DNA of 64,000 nt from Candidatus Marinacidobacterales bacterium (GCA_965219415.1 CBDCNP010000002.1:5376001-5440000), one strand, 5' to 3'; positions 32,232 to 44,500 are shown, counted from the first letter of the stretch. The notes: generated from the sequence alone by a model not told the origin. Numbers and translations: made by a program.

Positions 32232-33902
32232 TTACGGAGCTGAAGCTGTTTTTCTCTTAGACCCAAACTTGTCTCCGAAGAAATCGTCCTCGTACCACGC
32301 CGGTCGTTCGGGATCTTGCGCCACCAGGTAGCCGGCCAAGAAGTTCACCGCCGCGTATCGGGCGCCCGATTCGAAGTGCATCTTTTGGTTCATGTCATCC
32401 TTGGGAGTGTGGTAGCGAGTCGCTAGCCATTCCGCAAAAGCGGCTTCGGCGTCGATGTCGGGGTCGGTGGTTTGAAGCCCGACAAAGGCATAGGCGGCGG
32501 GAATGCCTTGACGCACGAAGGGGAATTGATCGCTCCGAATGAAGACCGTTTCCTCCGGAATAGGATCTGGACTGAGCTCGACGTCCATTCGCGCCGCTGC
32601 CCGCTCGAAAGCGTCGCCGAGACTCGAGTGCTCGCTTCCGTAGATCACCAAGTCTTTTATGGGATACACCATGAGCGCGCCGTCCATGTTGAGATTTGCG
32701 ACGATCGCATCTTTGGGCACGGTGGGGTTGATGGTGAAATAATCGGCGCCCAAAAGCCCTTTTTCTTCCGCGGTGGTGGCGAGAAAAAGGATCGAGCGCT
32801 TCGGCGGCACGGGCAAGTTGATGAAGGCTTGAGCCACTACCAGAAGCATGGCGGTACCGGACGCGTTATCGTAAGCGCCGTTCCAGATTTCGTCTCCGTC
32901 GATGGGCTCTCCCAGTCCGTTATGATCCAAGTGGGCGCTGTAGACGAGGTATTCGTCTTTCAGCTCTGGGTCCGAGCCCTCGAGCAACGCCAGGACGTTG
33001 GGGCTTTCGAGCTCTGCATGCGAGGAAGTGGTTCGGATCTCGGCCTCGAGTGGCAGGGCGAAGCTCTTCAAACTCCCGGACTCCGCGGCGGCGAAGACTT
33101 CCTTGAGGGAAGCCGGGCCGTTTGAAAAGAGCTTCTCCGCGATGAGCGGCCTGAGAGTGGCCCCGCCTTTGAGCTGCGGCCATACATTCGCAGGGACTCC
33201 GTTTCCGTCCAGCCATCTCATTCGTATCCTGCCAGCGAAACGCGACATTCTGGCCCAGGGCCTTCGTTTCTGATCCTCCGGTGTGAGGATGGTGAGAATT
33301 CCGACCACGCCGTGGGCGGCAGCGTTCTTCGCCTTGGCGGTGCCGGAGTAATAGGCGCGCTGGTTGGAAGGAAAGCTCGCCGGCGCGCCCGACAGCGTCA
33401 CCGCGATCTTCCCCTCCGCATCCACGGCTGCGTAGTCGTCGTAGTCCAACTCGGGTGCCGTCACGCCGAAACCCACGAAGACGAGTGGCGCGCGGATCTC
33501 GCGTTGTTCACTGGTTGCGCTCGGTGAGACGACATAGTCCCTTCCACTACGCAGCGTTTTCGTCCAGCCATTGCGCCAGAGTGTTACCGAGCTCACGCTT
33601 GGGTCGAGCCTGATGCTGCGAAGGGGGACGTTTTGGAAGTAGGTGCCATCCGAACCACCCGGCTTCAGCCCCATGGCTTGAAAGGTAGCGGCGACATATT
33701 TGGCACCGAGATCGTAGCCTCGCGTTCCAGCCTCACGGCCTTCCAGCAGATCGTCTGCCAGAAACGCCATGTGAGCCTCGATCGCCTCCGGTCGAATGCG
33801 CTCCAGCGCGCGCTCGACCCCCCGAGAGGAAAGCCCGTCGGGTTGCCCACAGGCTGTGGTTAGAACGGCCAGCGCGAGGCTCGCAAAGCGAATCTTGTTC
33901 AT
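32232..33902 (-). CDS. M28 family metallopeptidase with PA domain (lipoprotein)
   Basis: LADDLLEGREAGT, SAHLDH, NGAYDNASG, AEEKGLLG, RSDQ and YHTPKD. Confidence 0.92.
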   Translation of the reverse strand: MNKIRFASLALAVLTTACGQPDGLSSRGVERALERIRPEAIEAHMAFLADDLLEGREAGTRGYDLGAKYVAATFQAMGLKPGGSDGTYFQNVPLRSIRLDPSVSSVTLWRNGWTKTLRSGRDYVVSPSATSEQREIRAPLVFVGFGVTAPELDYDDYAAVDAEGKIAVTLSGAPASFPSNQRAYYSGTAKAKNAAAHGVVGILTILTPEDQKRRPWARMSRFAGRIRMRWLDGNGVPANVWPQLKGGATLRPLIAEKLFSNGPASLKEVFAAAESGSLKSFALPLEAEIRTTSSHAELESPNVLALLEGSDPELKDEYLVYSAHLDHNGLGEPIDGDEIWNGAYDNASGTAMLLVVAQAFINLPVPPKRSILFLATTAEEKGLLGADYFTINPTVPKDAIVANLNMDGALMVYPIKDLVIYGSEHSSLGDAFERAAARMDVELSPDPIPEETVFIRSDQFPFVRQGIPAAYAFVGLQTTDPDIDAEAAFAEWLATRYHTPKDDMNQKMHFESGARYAAVNFLAGYLVAQDPERPAWYEDDFFGDKFGSKRKTASAP

Positions 33903-33949
33903 GAGATAGGTTCTCCCCATACCTTTGTAGAATATCGGATGAGCCCTAT

Positions 33950-34100
33950 CATGGAAAACACGAACGGTGCGGTGAGATTTCGTTTTGAAGATCGGATCGA
34001 GTGTACGGAACCAGATACACCAGCGGAAGCTGCATGTTAGCGTGGATGACGATGGCTTCATCGTGGCGGCGAAGCTCACGAAAAGCAGCGACGACGACCC
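33950..34100 (+). pseudogene. IS5-family transposase remnant
   Basis: RKLHVSVDDDGFIVAAKLT resembles RKLHLCVDEQSGEVVAGELT at ~43000. Confidence 0.55.
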
Positions 34101-34102
34101 GT

Positions 34103-34323
34103 TGTCGTCCGCAAAAAAGAAGGGCACCCTGCGAACGGACAAGATTCCGAGCGAAAGCGAAGGCGTTGACGAAAGCGGGCACAATATTTGAGAGCAAACG
34201 CAAGAGCGAACCTTTCCACGTTCACAATGACGTCGGATCACGTCATCTCTTCGCCGCGAAACGGCCAATCCTGGCAGGTCTAAACTGCGGAATCAACGAC
34301 GGATCGAGTTTTTGCGGAGCACA
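34103..34323. mobile_element. 221-bp miniature element (family D)
   Basis: TGTCGTCCGCAAAAA ... TTTTTGCGGAGCACA. Confidence 0.7.
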
Positions 34324-34340
34324 GGCGGTTTGCGGTGGCG

Positions 34341-34604
34341 ATGATTAAGATCCAGCGACCATTAAACACTAAAAAGAGGGCTCTTCCTCGAAGCACAATC
34401 ATCGCCCTAGTCACAGTGCTCGCGGTGGCGTCCTGCACGCGGCAGAGAGCGTCCGTACACACTGATGCAAGCCCCTCGAAACTGGAGAGGGCCTGCCAGG
34501 CAGTTGATGAGGCAACCGGGTTCGAGATGACTGAGACTGACCGCGCGTGGTGCACGGGCATGATGCAGGCTTGGTATTCCGAAACTGGATACACACGACC
34601 TTGA
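34341..34604 (+). CDS. Small hypothetical lipoprotein
   Basis: Basic N-terminus, hydrophobic stretch and lipobox-like VASC. Confidence 0.4.
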   Translation: MIKIQRPLNTKKRALPRSTIIALVTVLAVASCTRQRASVHTDASPSKLERACQAVDEATGFEMTETDRAWCTGMMQAWYSETGYTRP

Positions 34605-34759
34605 TCCAGCCGATCAGTTCACGGGTGCGAACCAGCTCCGCTATCTGCGGGCAAAAGCCAAGGATTGTCGAAGGCCTGCGGATGCTTACGAACTGACCGG
34701 GGCAGACCGGTGGGAGGCCGTCATGCGTTGCCTTGTCATCGTACGAACGCGATAGCGCC

Positions 34760-35018
34760 CGTCTGGTCAAAATACTCGAACGCATTGCGGGTCAGCAGTT
34801 TGCACCTTTCCAAGGGCCGCTTGAATCCGCCATGCGCTTAGGGAGTACGTCGTCTACCATCACCACGAGAGGAATCATCAAGGCAAGGAGAATCTGCTGC
34901 TGTTCCCAGCCAGCGACCAGTTACCTCAGTCCGAGCGCAAAGGTGCGCTCCCGTGAACGGCTTGGCGGGTTGCTACGTTTCTACCATCGGAAAGCCGCAT
35001 GAGTATTCTGACCTCACA
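34760..35018 (+). mobile_element. Internally deleted rve element (family B): left end fused to the transposase 3' end and right end
   Basis: CGTCTGGTCAAAATACTC; ERNHQGK...RLGGLLRFYHRKAA*; GAGTATTCTGACCTCACA. Confidence 0.8.
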
Positions 35019-35116
35019 ACCTCTAATCCGAAACATCTCTTGACATGGAAGGGACAGCCGACAGCGCACCGAGCGAGGCGCTGCGCGCGAACCTGGAATG
35101 AGCACGCGCTAATGCA

Positions 35117-36322
35117 CTATGCTCTCCATCGCCTCGTCGCCGTCAGCCAGAGCAGAGAGATGAGCTCGACCGCCAAGACGGTGAAGAAGGCCGCGCGGTA
35201 GCCTGCAGGTGCAAAGCCGTCCTCGAGCCCTGCGGACCAGCGCTCGATGATCGCGCCAATGCCGGACTGTGAGGCGAAGGCGGCGAGACAGATGAGCAGG
35301 TTCAAGCTCGTGTTGACCCGGCCGGATAGAGTGACGGCGAAGCGGCGGGTCAAGATGACGAAACTGAGCACACCGGACGCTCCGAAAAAGCCGAATAGAA
35401 GCCACAGCCCTCTTGCGGCAGCGCTCCAGTGGGACAGGATGCCGAGCTGAACCACCAGAAATGCGAGGTTCGCGACCACGAGCAAGGAAAGGATCGAGAA
35501 GCCCTTCTTTGCGCAGAGCTCACCCAAACGTCCGAACGCCAGGTAGCCGAGGGCCATACCCATCGCCATCGTCATCAAAACGCTAGCAACTTGAACTCGA
35601 TCGAGGCCGGCCACATCGCGGAGCCACGGGCCGGCCCACAGGCTTTGAATCGAGAGATAGGCCGCCTCCTGGGCGACCGAGAAGGGTGCGATGCTCCAGA
35701 AGACGCGGCTCGTGAGGATCGATTTCACTCCCTGGAGTGATTCGCCGAGGTCGGGGACGTGCGATGGCACCTTCTTCTCGGGCACCGTAACGAACAATAA
35801 CCCGGCCGCTCCCAGTGTTACGACACCCAGAGTAAGGAAGAGGCCACGCCAGTCCATGAAGCGAAGGGCCCACTCGACTGGCAGAGTGGCAGCCAGAGCG
35901 CCCGCCGAACCGACCGCCATGACGGCGCCGTTCAGGAAAGGGACGCGGTGCGAGGGTGCCCAGACGACAAATGCCTTGAACGACGCTACGAGACAGGCGG
36001 CCATCCCGAAACCGATGAGCGCCCGTCCGAGTATCAGACCCGTCGGGCTCGCGGCTCTAGAGAACACGAATGCGCCGCCGGCGGCCACAACAAGAAGGGC
36101 CGCTTCGGTTCGGCGAGTGCCCCATCGGTCGAGCGCGACACCAATGGGAAGTTGCGAGACGGCGAAAGCGAAAAAGAAGGCGCTGGTGAGAAAACCGATC
36201 ATCCAGGCGTTCAGCCCCATCGTTTCGATGAGATTCGGTGCCGCGATCGCGTTCACCGAGCGAAAGACGTGCGACAAGAAATAGCCGGCAGCGAACGGGA
36301 GAAAGACGCGGAAAACGGACAT
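35117..36322 (-). CDS. MFS transporter
   Basis: Multiple TM segments; motif A GVALDRWGTRR. Confidence 0.88.
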   Translation of the reverse strand: MSVFRVFLPFAAGYFLSHVFRSVNAIAAPNLIETMGLNAWMIGFLTSAFFFAFAVSQLPIGVALDRWGTRRTEAALLVVAAGGAFVFSRAASPTGLILGRALIGFGMAACLVASFKAFVVWAPSHRVPFLNGAVMAVGSAGALAATLPVEWALRFMDWRGLFLTLGVVTLGAAGLLFVTVPEKKVPSHVPDLGESLQGVKSILTSRVFWSIAPFSVAQEAAYLSIQSLWAGPWLRDVAGLDRVQVASVLMTMAMGMALGYLAFGRLGELCAKKGFSILSLLVVANLAFLVVQLGILSHWSAAARGLWLLFGFFGASGVLSFVILTRRFAVTLSGRVNTSLNLLICLAAFASQSGIGAIIERWSAGLEDGFAPAGYRAAFFTVLAVELISLLWLTATRRWRA

Positions 36323-36334
36323 TCGATTCTCGAA

Positions 36335-36631
36335 CATCATTATCATGGAGAGCGCAATCATCAAGGGCTGAGGAACGCGTTGATCGAAGCGGAACAATGC
36401 ATCGGCAGTCCCCACGGGAAGGCGCGATGTCGTAAGCAATTGGGCGGCTTGCTCCGTTATTACCACCGCGCCGCCGCATAGGAGTTCGGGCGCACAAGCT
36501 GTACGGAACGGGATGGTCTGGAGGAGAGGTCCGCTCAGGATCACCTATCGCAGAGCCAGTGCCGCGTCGGCTGGTCTCCGCGAATTTCGAGAACGCCTCT
36601 AGGGGCTCCGTTTGCGTTTTTGGACACGACG
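36335..36631 (+). mobile_element. 3' remnant of an rve element with a family C end
   Basis: HYHGERNHQGL...LGGLLRYYHRAAA* followed by TTTTTGGACACGACG. Confidence 0.8.
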
Positions 36632-36734
36632 GGGCTGACGCCCCCGAGCCTCTGACGCCGGTTCACAGCCAAGACGGATTCGTGCACCAACGCCTTACGG
36701 ATGGTAAAATTCCCAAAACTAAAGGGAAGTCGTC

Positions 36735-37529
36735 ATGATTAAGGGACTGTGTTACGTGTGGGTGGCCGTGGCCGTCGGGTGTGGGGGTGGCGGTGTACCA
36801 ACTACGCCGACCAGTCCTACACCGACTCAAACGACCCCCGATCTTCTCGTCATTCCGGGCACCCTGTTTGTGGACCCTGACATCGTGACAGCGTCGGACC
36901 CGACCACCTTTCGTGCGGTGTCGTACGCTGGACGAGGGAATCGCTTGATGTTCGATAGAAGGCAAAACAGGTTTGTGACGTACAACGCGTTTCTGTTCGA
37001 TGCGGCCTTTACGGATGGATTCGGGCTGGAGATTCAGGTGAACCCTGAGTTTCAGACGTCTGACGCAGTCCGGCAAGCAGCCAAAAAGTACAGCTGGTTG
37101 ATCGGCCAGCTACCGCGAGCCCTTCGACAATCCGATTTCCAGACAGTCTGGATTCACAAGGGAGTTGAGTTGTTCGGTGGCGGCAACAACAATGTGCTTA
37201 TTCATACAGGTCAGGCAGATCTGTATGAGGCCGAAGGCATTCTTGAAGAAGCCCTCATTCACGAAGGTGCGCACACCTCGCTCGATTCCCGTCATGCTTC
37301 CTCGTCTGGCTGGATCCAAGCGCAACAAGACGACATGGATTTCATTTCAACCTACGCCCGAGATTATCCGACGCGCGAGGATCTCGCCGAGAGTTTCCCG
37401 ATGTGGATGGCCCTGCGATATCGCGAAGACAAAATCCTTCCCCGTCTGGCCGAAACCATCAAGGCCAGAATGCCACACCGGCTGGTTTACCTCGACGCTC
37501 AGCACTTCGATATGGCCCCGGTGAGGTAG
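36735..37529 (+). CDS. Hypothetical lipoprotein with a zincin-like HExxH motif
   Basis: Lipobox AVGC; IHEGAH; EDLAES. Confidence 0.7.
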   Translation: MIKGLCYVWVAVAVGCGGGGVPTTPTSPTPTQTTPDLLVIPGTLFVDPDIVTASDPTTFRAVSYAGRGNRLMFDRRQNRFVTYNAFLFDAAFTDGFGLEIQVNPEFQTSDAVRQAAKKYSWLIGQLPRALRQSDFQTVWIHKGVELFGGGNNNVLIHTGQADLYEAEGILEEALIHEGAHTSLDSRHASSSGWIQAQQDDMDFISTYARDYPTREDLAESFPMWMALRYREDKILPRLAETIKARMPHRLVYLDAQHFDMAPVR

Positions 37530-37580
37530 GGGGTTTCGATGAGCAAAGACAAACAGCAGATACGCGGCGGGTTCGTTCCC

Positions 37581-37763
37581 CGTCGTGTCCAAAAACACAA
37601 ACGAACTCAAGACCGGCTCGCCGGGAGGTTTCGGATTAGACGTGTCTACGCTTGGTTCGCCAATGGAAGCTAGAATCCTTCGGTCATGAGCGCGCCGATC
37701 CAGCTGTTGTGCTCCGCAAAAAGTCGATCCAGCGGTACGCGATCTTCTTTTTTGCGGGTCATA
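37581..37763 (+). mobile_element. Family C left end (with -10-like TAGAAT and ATG) cut by a 56-bp family D miniature element
   Basis: Matches 61949-62072; TGTGCTCCGCAAAAA...TTTTTGCGGGTCATA at 37708-37763. Confidence 0.75.
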
Positions 37764-37921
37764 GGACAGGAGACCGGACCTGAAGCCCGCTCCCCCGTCT
37801 GCTGACTAGGTTACTGAACCAACCCCTGAACCCACATGGTGCCAAATCCGAGCAGGACGACGGCCTTGTCTTCGAACTCGCCAGCGCCGGGGAAGACATC
37901 GACGACCAAGTGGCCGGCCAA

Positions 37922-38758
37922 TCAGAACGCGTAACGCAGGGACAGTCGAAGCCCGTGGCTCCTCAACTTCGCCCGTGTAGGAGCCAGATCGAGCGCCAAC
38001 GGTTCCCGGCTTCCATCGCGCCATTCGACCCGACCCCTGCCTTCGCCGGTCTCGATGACACCGTAATCTGTGTAACGCCAGGCAAGATCGAGCGTCGTCT
38101 GCTCAGCCAACGATATCCCCAGCCCAGCTGTAAGCATCCAGGTTAGACCACTCCGGCTGGTGCCCGGAACGAAGGTTGTCGTCCTCGGGAACGTCATGCG
38201 CGTCTCACCGATTGCAACTCGAGCGGCACCGATGCCTCCGCCGACGAATGGGCTGAGCAGACCGAGCTTGCGTAAACCCGATTCCGGGAGATCGACATAA
38301 GCGGCCAGCATACCGGACAGAGAGGATAGATCCGCAGAAACCGATTGCAGGCGTTCGGGGTCCAGGAAGTTGGCGCGACCATCGAAAGTCAATCGCGGCC
38401 AGTATTCAACGAATGCCTCCAGTCTCAAGGCGGGAGCAACAGCGTAACCTAGCCCAAGCTCCAGGCCCGCGGCCGTGCCGAAGTCCCCAACCGAACGGAG
38501 CGGCGCGCCGTCGCCGCCCCTACCACAGCCGTAAAGAGCAGCCGGGAGAACGCTCGAACAATCCTCGTCGGTGAATTGGGTTTCGGTCGGGCGGTCTACG
38601 CCGATCCCTGCTCGCAGGTAGAGGTCTTCAGCCTCGGCCGTTCCGGAGAGCAGCGACGACGACGCGATCGAAACCACTACCGCAGCGTGGCCCCAGTGGT
38701 TCCAAAGCTTCCCTGTTCGCGGGAGTGGAGTGTCAAGAGTGCGTGTCATCGGTTCCAT
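37922..38758 (-). CDS. Outer-membrane beta-barrel (opacity/OmpW-like) protein
   Basis: Signal peptide; SPFVGGGIG, LDLAWRYTDYG and terminal LRYAF. Confidence 0.8.
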   Translation of the reverse strand: MEPMTRTLDTPLPRTGKLWNHWGHAAVVVSIASSSLLSGTAEAEDLYLRAGIGVDRPTETQFTDEDCSSVLPAALYGCGRGGDGAPLRSVGDFGTAAGLELGLGYAVAPALRLEAFVEYWPRLTFDGRANFLDPERLQSVSADLSSLSGMLAAYVDLPESGLRKLGLLSPFVGGGIGAARVAIGETRMTFPRTTTFVPGTSRSGLTWMLTAGLGISLAEQTTLDLAWRYTDYGVIETGEGRGRVEWRDGSREPLALDLAPTRAKLRSHGLRLSLRYAF

Positions 38759-38796
38759 GATAGGCTTCGCAGCACCGTCGCCAAGTCCTATTATGG

Positions 38797-39040
38797 TGAC
38801 CTGCCCCCTTCTCTGCTACAAGCCTGAATCCGTTTCGGGGCTGAGCATCAGGCTTGTTAGGCGACTCGACTTCGAGTGAACTCCTCCGGCGTGAGATAGC
38901 CGAGGGAGCTGTGAGGTCGAACCGTGTTTTAGTCCTGGCGCCATTGCTCGAAACGCTTTCGCTTCATGACCGTTCCTCTTCACGGGCATTATCTCAGCTC
39001 CGATTCCAACTCAGATTACCAGTTTTCGGGGAGCAGGTCA
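38797..39040. mobile_element. 244-bp IS3-derived miniature element
   Basis: IRs TGACCTGCCCCC / GGGGAGCAGGTCA; internal minus-strand LGYLTPEEF (OrfB C-terminus). Confidence 0.65.
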
Positions 39041-39120
39041 TTGGTATAACCGATCCGGAGAACCAGAATTTCTTATCTTGACAACGCCTTGAGAATCAGT
39101 CGAACGGACTGGGACGGTTG

Positions 39121-39286
39121 GGTGCTTGTGCCGTTTGCTGTTGGTGATATGTACGCATCCCTTTGCAAAAAAGGAGCTTACGCTCTATTTAGCGCGCAGC
39201 GAAGGTCGTGAGCGCTATTTTGACTGTAACTTAATGCAGCGTAAAGTCTTAGCGTCATTTCACCAACACTTAATGGCGGAAGCACC
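39121..39286. mobile_element. 166-bp MITE (GGTGCTT...AAGCACC), followed by A and B ends to 39422
   Basis: Aligns end to end with 7817-7982. Confidence 0.8.
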
Positions 39287-39462
39287 TCCTGTGCCAAAAC
39301 TCGGCCCTTTTGAAATAGACCATAAATTAGAAGCTTAGTGTCTATGGTGCGCTCCCGTGAACGGCTTGGCGGGTTGCTACGTTTCTACCATCGGGAAGCC
39401 GCATGAGTATTTTGACCTCACGGCGTGAGGACGTCGTGATGATGTCGCGCTCCTCAACCCAA

Positions 39463-39883
39463 CTAAGCGCTCTTTCCCCACGGAAAGTAGTAAAGCGCTT
39501 CGGCGGTTTTGTCGGCAGTCTCCTTACCCGCGATCTGCGCGACCAGCGCCAAGGACGCGTCGTAGGTATGCAATTCCCCAATCGAGCTGATCATGTTGCC
39601 GTCGGTGACGATGTGCTCGTTGTCGACGACCTTGGCCTCGGGAAAGCGCTTGGCCAGATCCTCGGTGCCACCGATGTAGGTGGTTACGCGGCGGCCTTCG
39701 AGTAGGCATGCCTTGCCGAGCAAGAAAGCCCCGGCGCAATTGCTGGCAACGAACTTCGCTTTTTCGGCGCGGTCCTTGATGAAACCAATTAGCTTTTCGT
39801 TGGCCAACAAGGGCTCCACGTCGAGGCCGCTGGGGACGACCAAGACATCTATCGGTGGACAATTCGCAAAGTCGTAGTCAAGT
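39463..39883 (-). pseudogene. DJ-1/PfpI-family protein, 5' end removed by IS3
   Basis: VASNCAGAFLLG and LEGRRVTT. Confidence 0.8.
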
Positions 39884-41196
<1,313 letters not shown>

Positions 41197-41315
41197 ATTC
41201 CGACCGACTTGCATCATGAACCCGCCGTCCGGCCTGGGAGTGATTCCGGCAATGTGCACTTTTCGCGAAGACAGCTCGATGACGACGAGCACATAGTAGG
41301 TCACAAGCCTGCGGA
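41197..41315 (-). pseudogene. Internal rve transposase fragment
   Basis: LVTYYVLVVIELSSRKVHIAGITPRPDGGFMMQVGRN. Confidence 0.75.
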
Positions 41316-41499
41316 CCATGGCGACTCCGACGTTCTGGAATGATTTTGCCGGGGGTGCGCACGGCTGGCCGGGATGCTCGTTCTCAAGACGAGCTCGCGA
41401 AGGCTTGGTTCTCAATCGGCTGCCGGTTGAGAGTAGCGGGAGTCTGCCGTGAGAACCGCCTTGAGCAGCACGGCCGTACCGTTCGCCACATCTTTTGGC

Positions 41500-42235
41500 T
41501 CAGTGAACTTCAAGGCGGTTCTCGCCAAGCGGTGCGAGGGTGATGTCGAAGTTGTTCTGTCGCACGTTGCCGCCGTAGTTCAGCCGGTGCCGGCTTCCGA
41601 GGAACACCGAGTGGCCGATCTCGCCGTCGAACGTCTGTGACTTGAAGTCGAGCTGCAGCGGCATCCCGGTGGCGATGTCCGGCAGCAACAGGTTCGGTGC
41701 CTTGCCGTCCAGGAAGTTCGCGAAGAACTGTATCTGCAGGTCGCCCCGCGTGTAGTTCAGCTTGCCGTAGGCCAGATATGTCCCCGACTGCATGTCGAAC
41801 GGACCGATTCCGCTGTGGACGATTCCTTCCGTGCCGGCCACGCCGCCCGAGTAAGTGATGGTGGCATCGGGCAGTTCCTGGTCGACCCGCACCTCGAACT
41901 TCGGCTGGCTGGTGCCCCGGTTCGCGAATCCTGTCCCGAAGCCGGCGGTGGCCGAGTCGAGCGGATAGAATGCCCCGCCCACGGTCTGGCTCGGCTGACG
42001 CGGGTCGTCGATCACCGGGATCTGGCCGGTCGGCCGTGCAAAGGCGTCAGACGTGAAGTAGCCGGCGCTGACGCGGTACGACAGCCGATCGCTTGGCGCC
42101 CGCGTCACGGTTGCGTTGGCGCCGAACATCGACCCGGCGCTGAGTCCCACGCCCGAGCCGTCGTTGCGGTCGATGTACCCGCCGCTGAGCGTCACCGTCG
42201 TGCCGACCGATTCCCGCGGCGGCTTGGTGATGAAC
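41500..42235 (-). pseudogene. TonB-dependent receptor fragment (post-plug barrel start)
   Basis: ITKPPRE..., YRVSAGYF and beta-strand pattern. Confidence 0.7.
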
Positions 42236-42249
42236 GAGCATCGTTAGCC

Positions 42250-42775
42250 CAGTGGACCTGAGCGGCTTGGCGCCGCTGCTGCCGCCACCGCTACAACCAG
42301 CCGTCGCCCAACCGTTTCCGCTCATCGTCAACGCGGTCGGCAGCGACATCCCGATCGGCGGAATGACCCAGGAGAAGTTGCTCGAGGAATCGCTGACGGC
42401 GTATGAAGTGAGCTACACTGGCGTGCTCCCGCGCGGCACGACGCTCGGCGGCTCGTTCTACGTCAACCGCCGCGACGATTCCATCAACTTCGTCTCCCTG
42501 CCGCGGTCACTCGACCCGTACACCGCGACAAATCCGCCGCCCGGCTGGCGGCTCCCGCCGTTCGTGCTAGCGCAGATAGCGCAGCGCGGGATCTTTCTGC
42601 CGCGCACGGCGTTAACATACCTGAATCTAGGTCCGATCCGCCAGACCGGCGTGGAGCTGTGGCTCGACCAGCAGTTCTCGCGCTCGGTGGCCGCGTCCGT
42701 CAACTATTCGTGGCAATCCGAGCCGAAGATCCTGGACGACCCGAACCCGTATTTGCCGGCGGAGCTCAACCTACC
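42250..42775 (+). pseudogene. TonB-dependent receptor fragment (late barrel), opposite orientation
   Basis: EESLTAYEVSY, YLNLGPIRQTGVELWL and ASVNYSWQ. Confidence 0.7.
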
Positions 42776-42779
42776 AGAG

Positions 42780-43542
42780 CGAGGGATTGCTGCGGTCGTT
42801 GTTCGCTCTGATGAAGCTAGACAATGATGTGCCCGATCACACCACGATCTCGAGGCGCAAGCCGAAGCTGGGTAAGGTCCCCTTCTACCCAGTCAAGCAG
42901 AAGACGCCGTTGCACATCTTGTTCGACAGCAGCGGTCTCGCTGTCCACGCCGGCCAGCTGCGCAGAGCACAAAAGAGCGGGGACTATCGCAAGCTCCATC
43001 TGTGTGTCGACGAGCAGAGTGGCGAAGTCGTCGCCGGCGAGCTGACGAGCAAAAGAGCCCGCGATTCATCGCGGGTTGCATCGCTTGTCGGACAGATCGA
43101 CAGTCCCATCTCATCGGCCAGAGCTGACACCGCATACGACGCCGGCGGCGTCTATGAGGCAATCGAGAATCACAGCGCTCATCGCTCGCCGAGGGTGCTG
43201 ATACCGCCGCGCAAGGGCGCCCTGCTCGCATCGGGGCCGGCGAGCAGCCGACAGCGCAATCGCAACATTGCAGCACAAGCTCGGCTCGGCAAACGAAAGT
43301 GGCACACAGAATCGGGCTACAGCAAACGGAGCAAAGTCGAGACAACGTTCCATCGCTACAAGGCTATCGTGGGCTCAGCGATGCGAGCGAGAGGGTTGGC
43401 GGCACAGAGAGGTGAGGCAAGGATCGGGTGCAAGATTCTCAACACCATGACGGTGCTCGGGATGCCTGATAGCGAGATGATCGGATGATGGGAGTCGGGG
43501 CCAAGCGAGCTCTCGGCCTCTATCGGAGTTGTGCACCAAGGC
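42780..43542 (+). mobile_element. IS5-family (IS903-like) element, 5'-truncated
   Basis: VPDHTTISRR, DSSGL, RKLHL, ADTAYD, GYSKRSKVET; right end GTTGTGCACCAAGGC. Confidence 0.85.
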
Positions 43543-43544
43543 AG

Positions 43545-43772
43545 GGAAAACCCCAGTGTCACATCGTCGCCATCGCCAAGGAGCAAGGTGAAATCGCGGC
43601 CAGTGTCGGGTGCATGCTAAGCCGGGTCCGTACAGGGATGTCACCCAGCGAAGTGACGTGCGCGATCCCGGCCTCCAAGCTGGGCGACGTCATCGAGGCG
43701 CTCGATTCCACTTGCGTGGCGGACGGCAAGGTGGCGACGTACGCTGCAGAAGATGGAAAGCGATTCGCCTAG
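43545..43772 (+). pseudogene. C-terminal fragment, DUF169-like
   Basis: PQCH...ASVGCMLSRVRTGM...CAIP. Confidence 0.5.
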
Positions 43773-43978
43773 GACCCTAAGTCGGTCAAACCCCGTGAGG
43801 TCAAAATACTCATGCGCATCGTGTCCAAAAATACAAACGAACTCAAGACCGGCGTGCCGGGACGTTTCGGAATAGACGTGTCTACGCTTGGTTCGCAGCA
43901 CTTGAATGACCGGGTTGATTTCTCCGGGATTGCAGGCTAGCGTAATCTCTAAACAGACAGCGAGGAGAGGAGAGACAA

Positions 43979-44500
43979 ATGCAGCCACTTTACGATCCCG
44001 AGGGTGTTCGGCCCATGTGGGAGGAGCTTGCCCAATGCGGGGTGGAGCCCGTGCAAACAAGAGAGAACGTCGACGAGGCCTTGAAGAGGCCTGGGACAAC
44101 GCTCGTGGTGGTGAACTCGGTTTGTGGATGTGCTGCCGGCTCGGCGCGCCCGGGTGTGACTTGCGCCCTGCAACACAGCACAATTCCCGATCACCTCACG
44201 ACGGTCTTCGCCGGCGTGGACCGTGAGACCACGGAGCGCGCCAGAGAGCACATGGTCGGCGTTGCTCCGAGCTCACCTTCGGTGGCCCTTTTCAAAGACG
44301 GCGAGCTCGTGCACATGCTTGAGCGACGGCATATAGAGATGATGAACGACGAGATGGTGGCGCAGAACCTGACCGAGGCTTTCGACAAGTACTGCTCTCG
44401 ACAGGGACCGTCCGTCCTCAGAGAAGAGTACGAGAAGGTGGTGCACGCCCGGCAGTGTGGCTCCTCGGTGCCGCTGTTCGATCCCCTCTCAAACCACTAG
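43979..44500 (+). CDS. BrxA/BrxB (YphP/YqiW) bacilliredoxin family protein
   Basis: VVNSVCGCAAGSARP and PSSPSVALFKDG. Confidence 0.9.
   Translation: MQPLYDPEGVRPMWEELAQCGVEPVQTRENVDEALKRPGTTLVVVNSVCGCAAGSARPGVTCALQHSTIPDHLTTVFAGVDRETTERAREHMVGVAPSSPSVALFKDGELVHMLERRHIEMMNDEMVAQNLTEAFDKYCSRQGPSVLREEYEKVVHARQCGSSVPLFDPLSNH

Noticed and set aside
32232-34268. 678-aa version of the M28 peptidase, and similarly the 475-aa version of the MFS transporter at 35117-36544
   Set aside because: The upstream extensions run through element remnants on the opposite strand; real starts are ~33902 and ~36322
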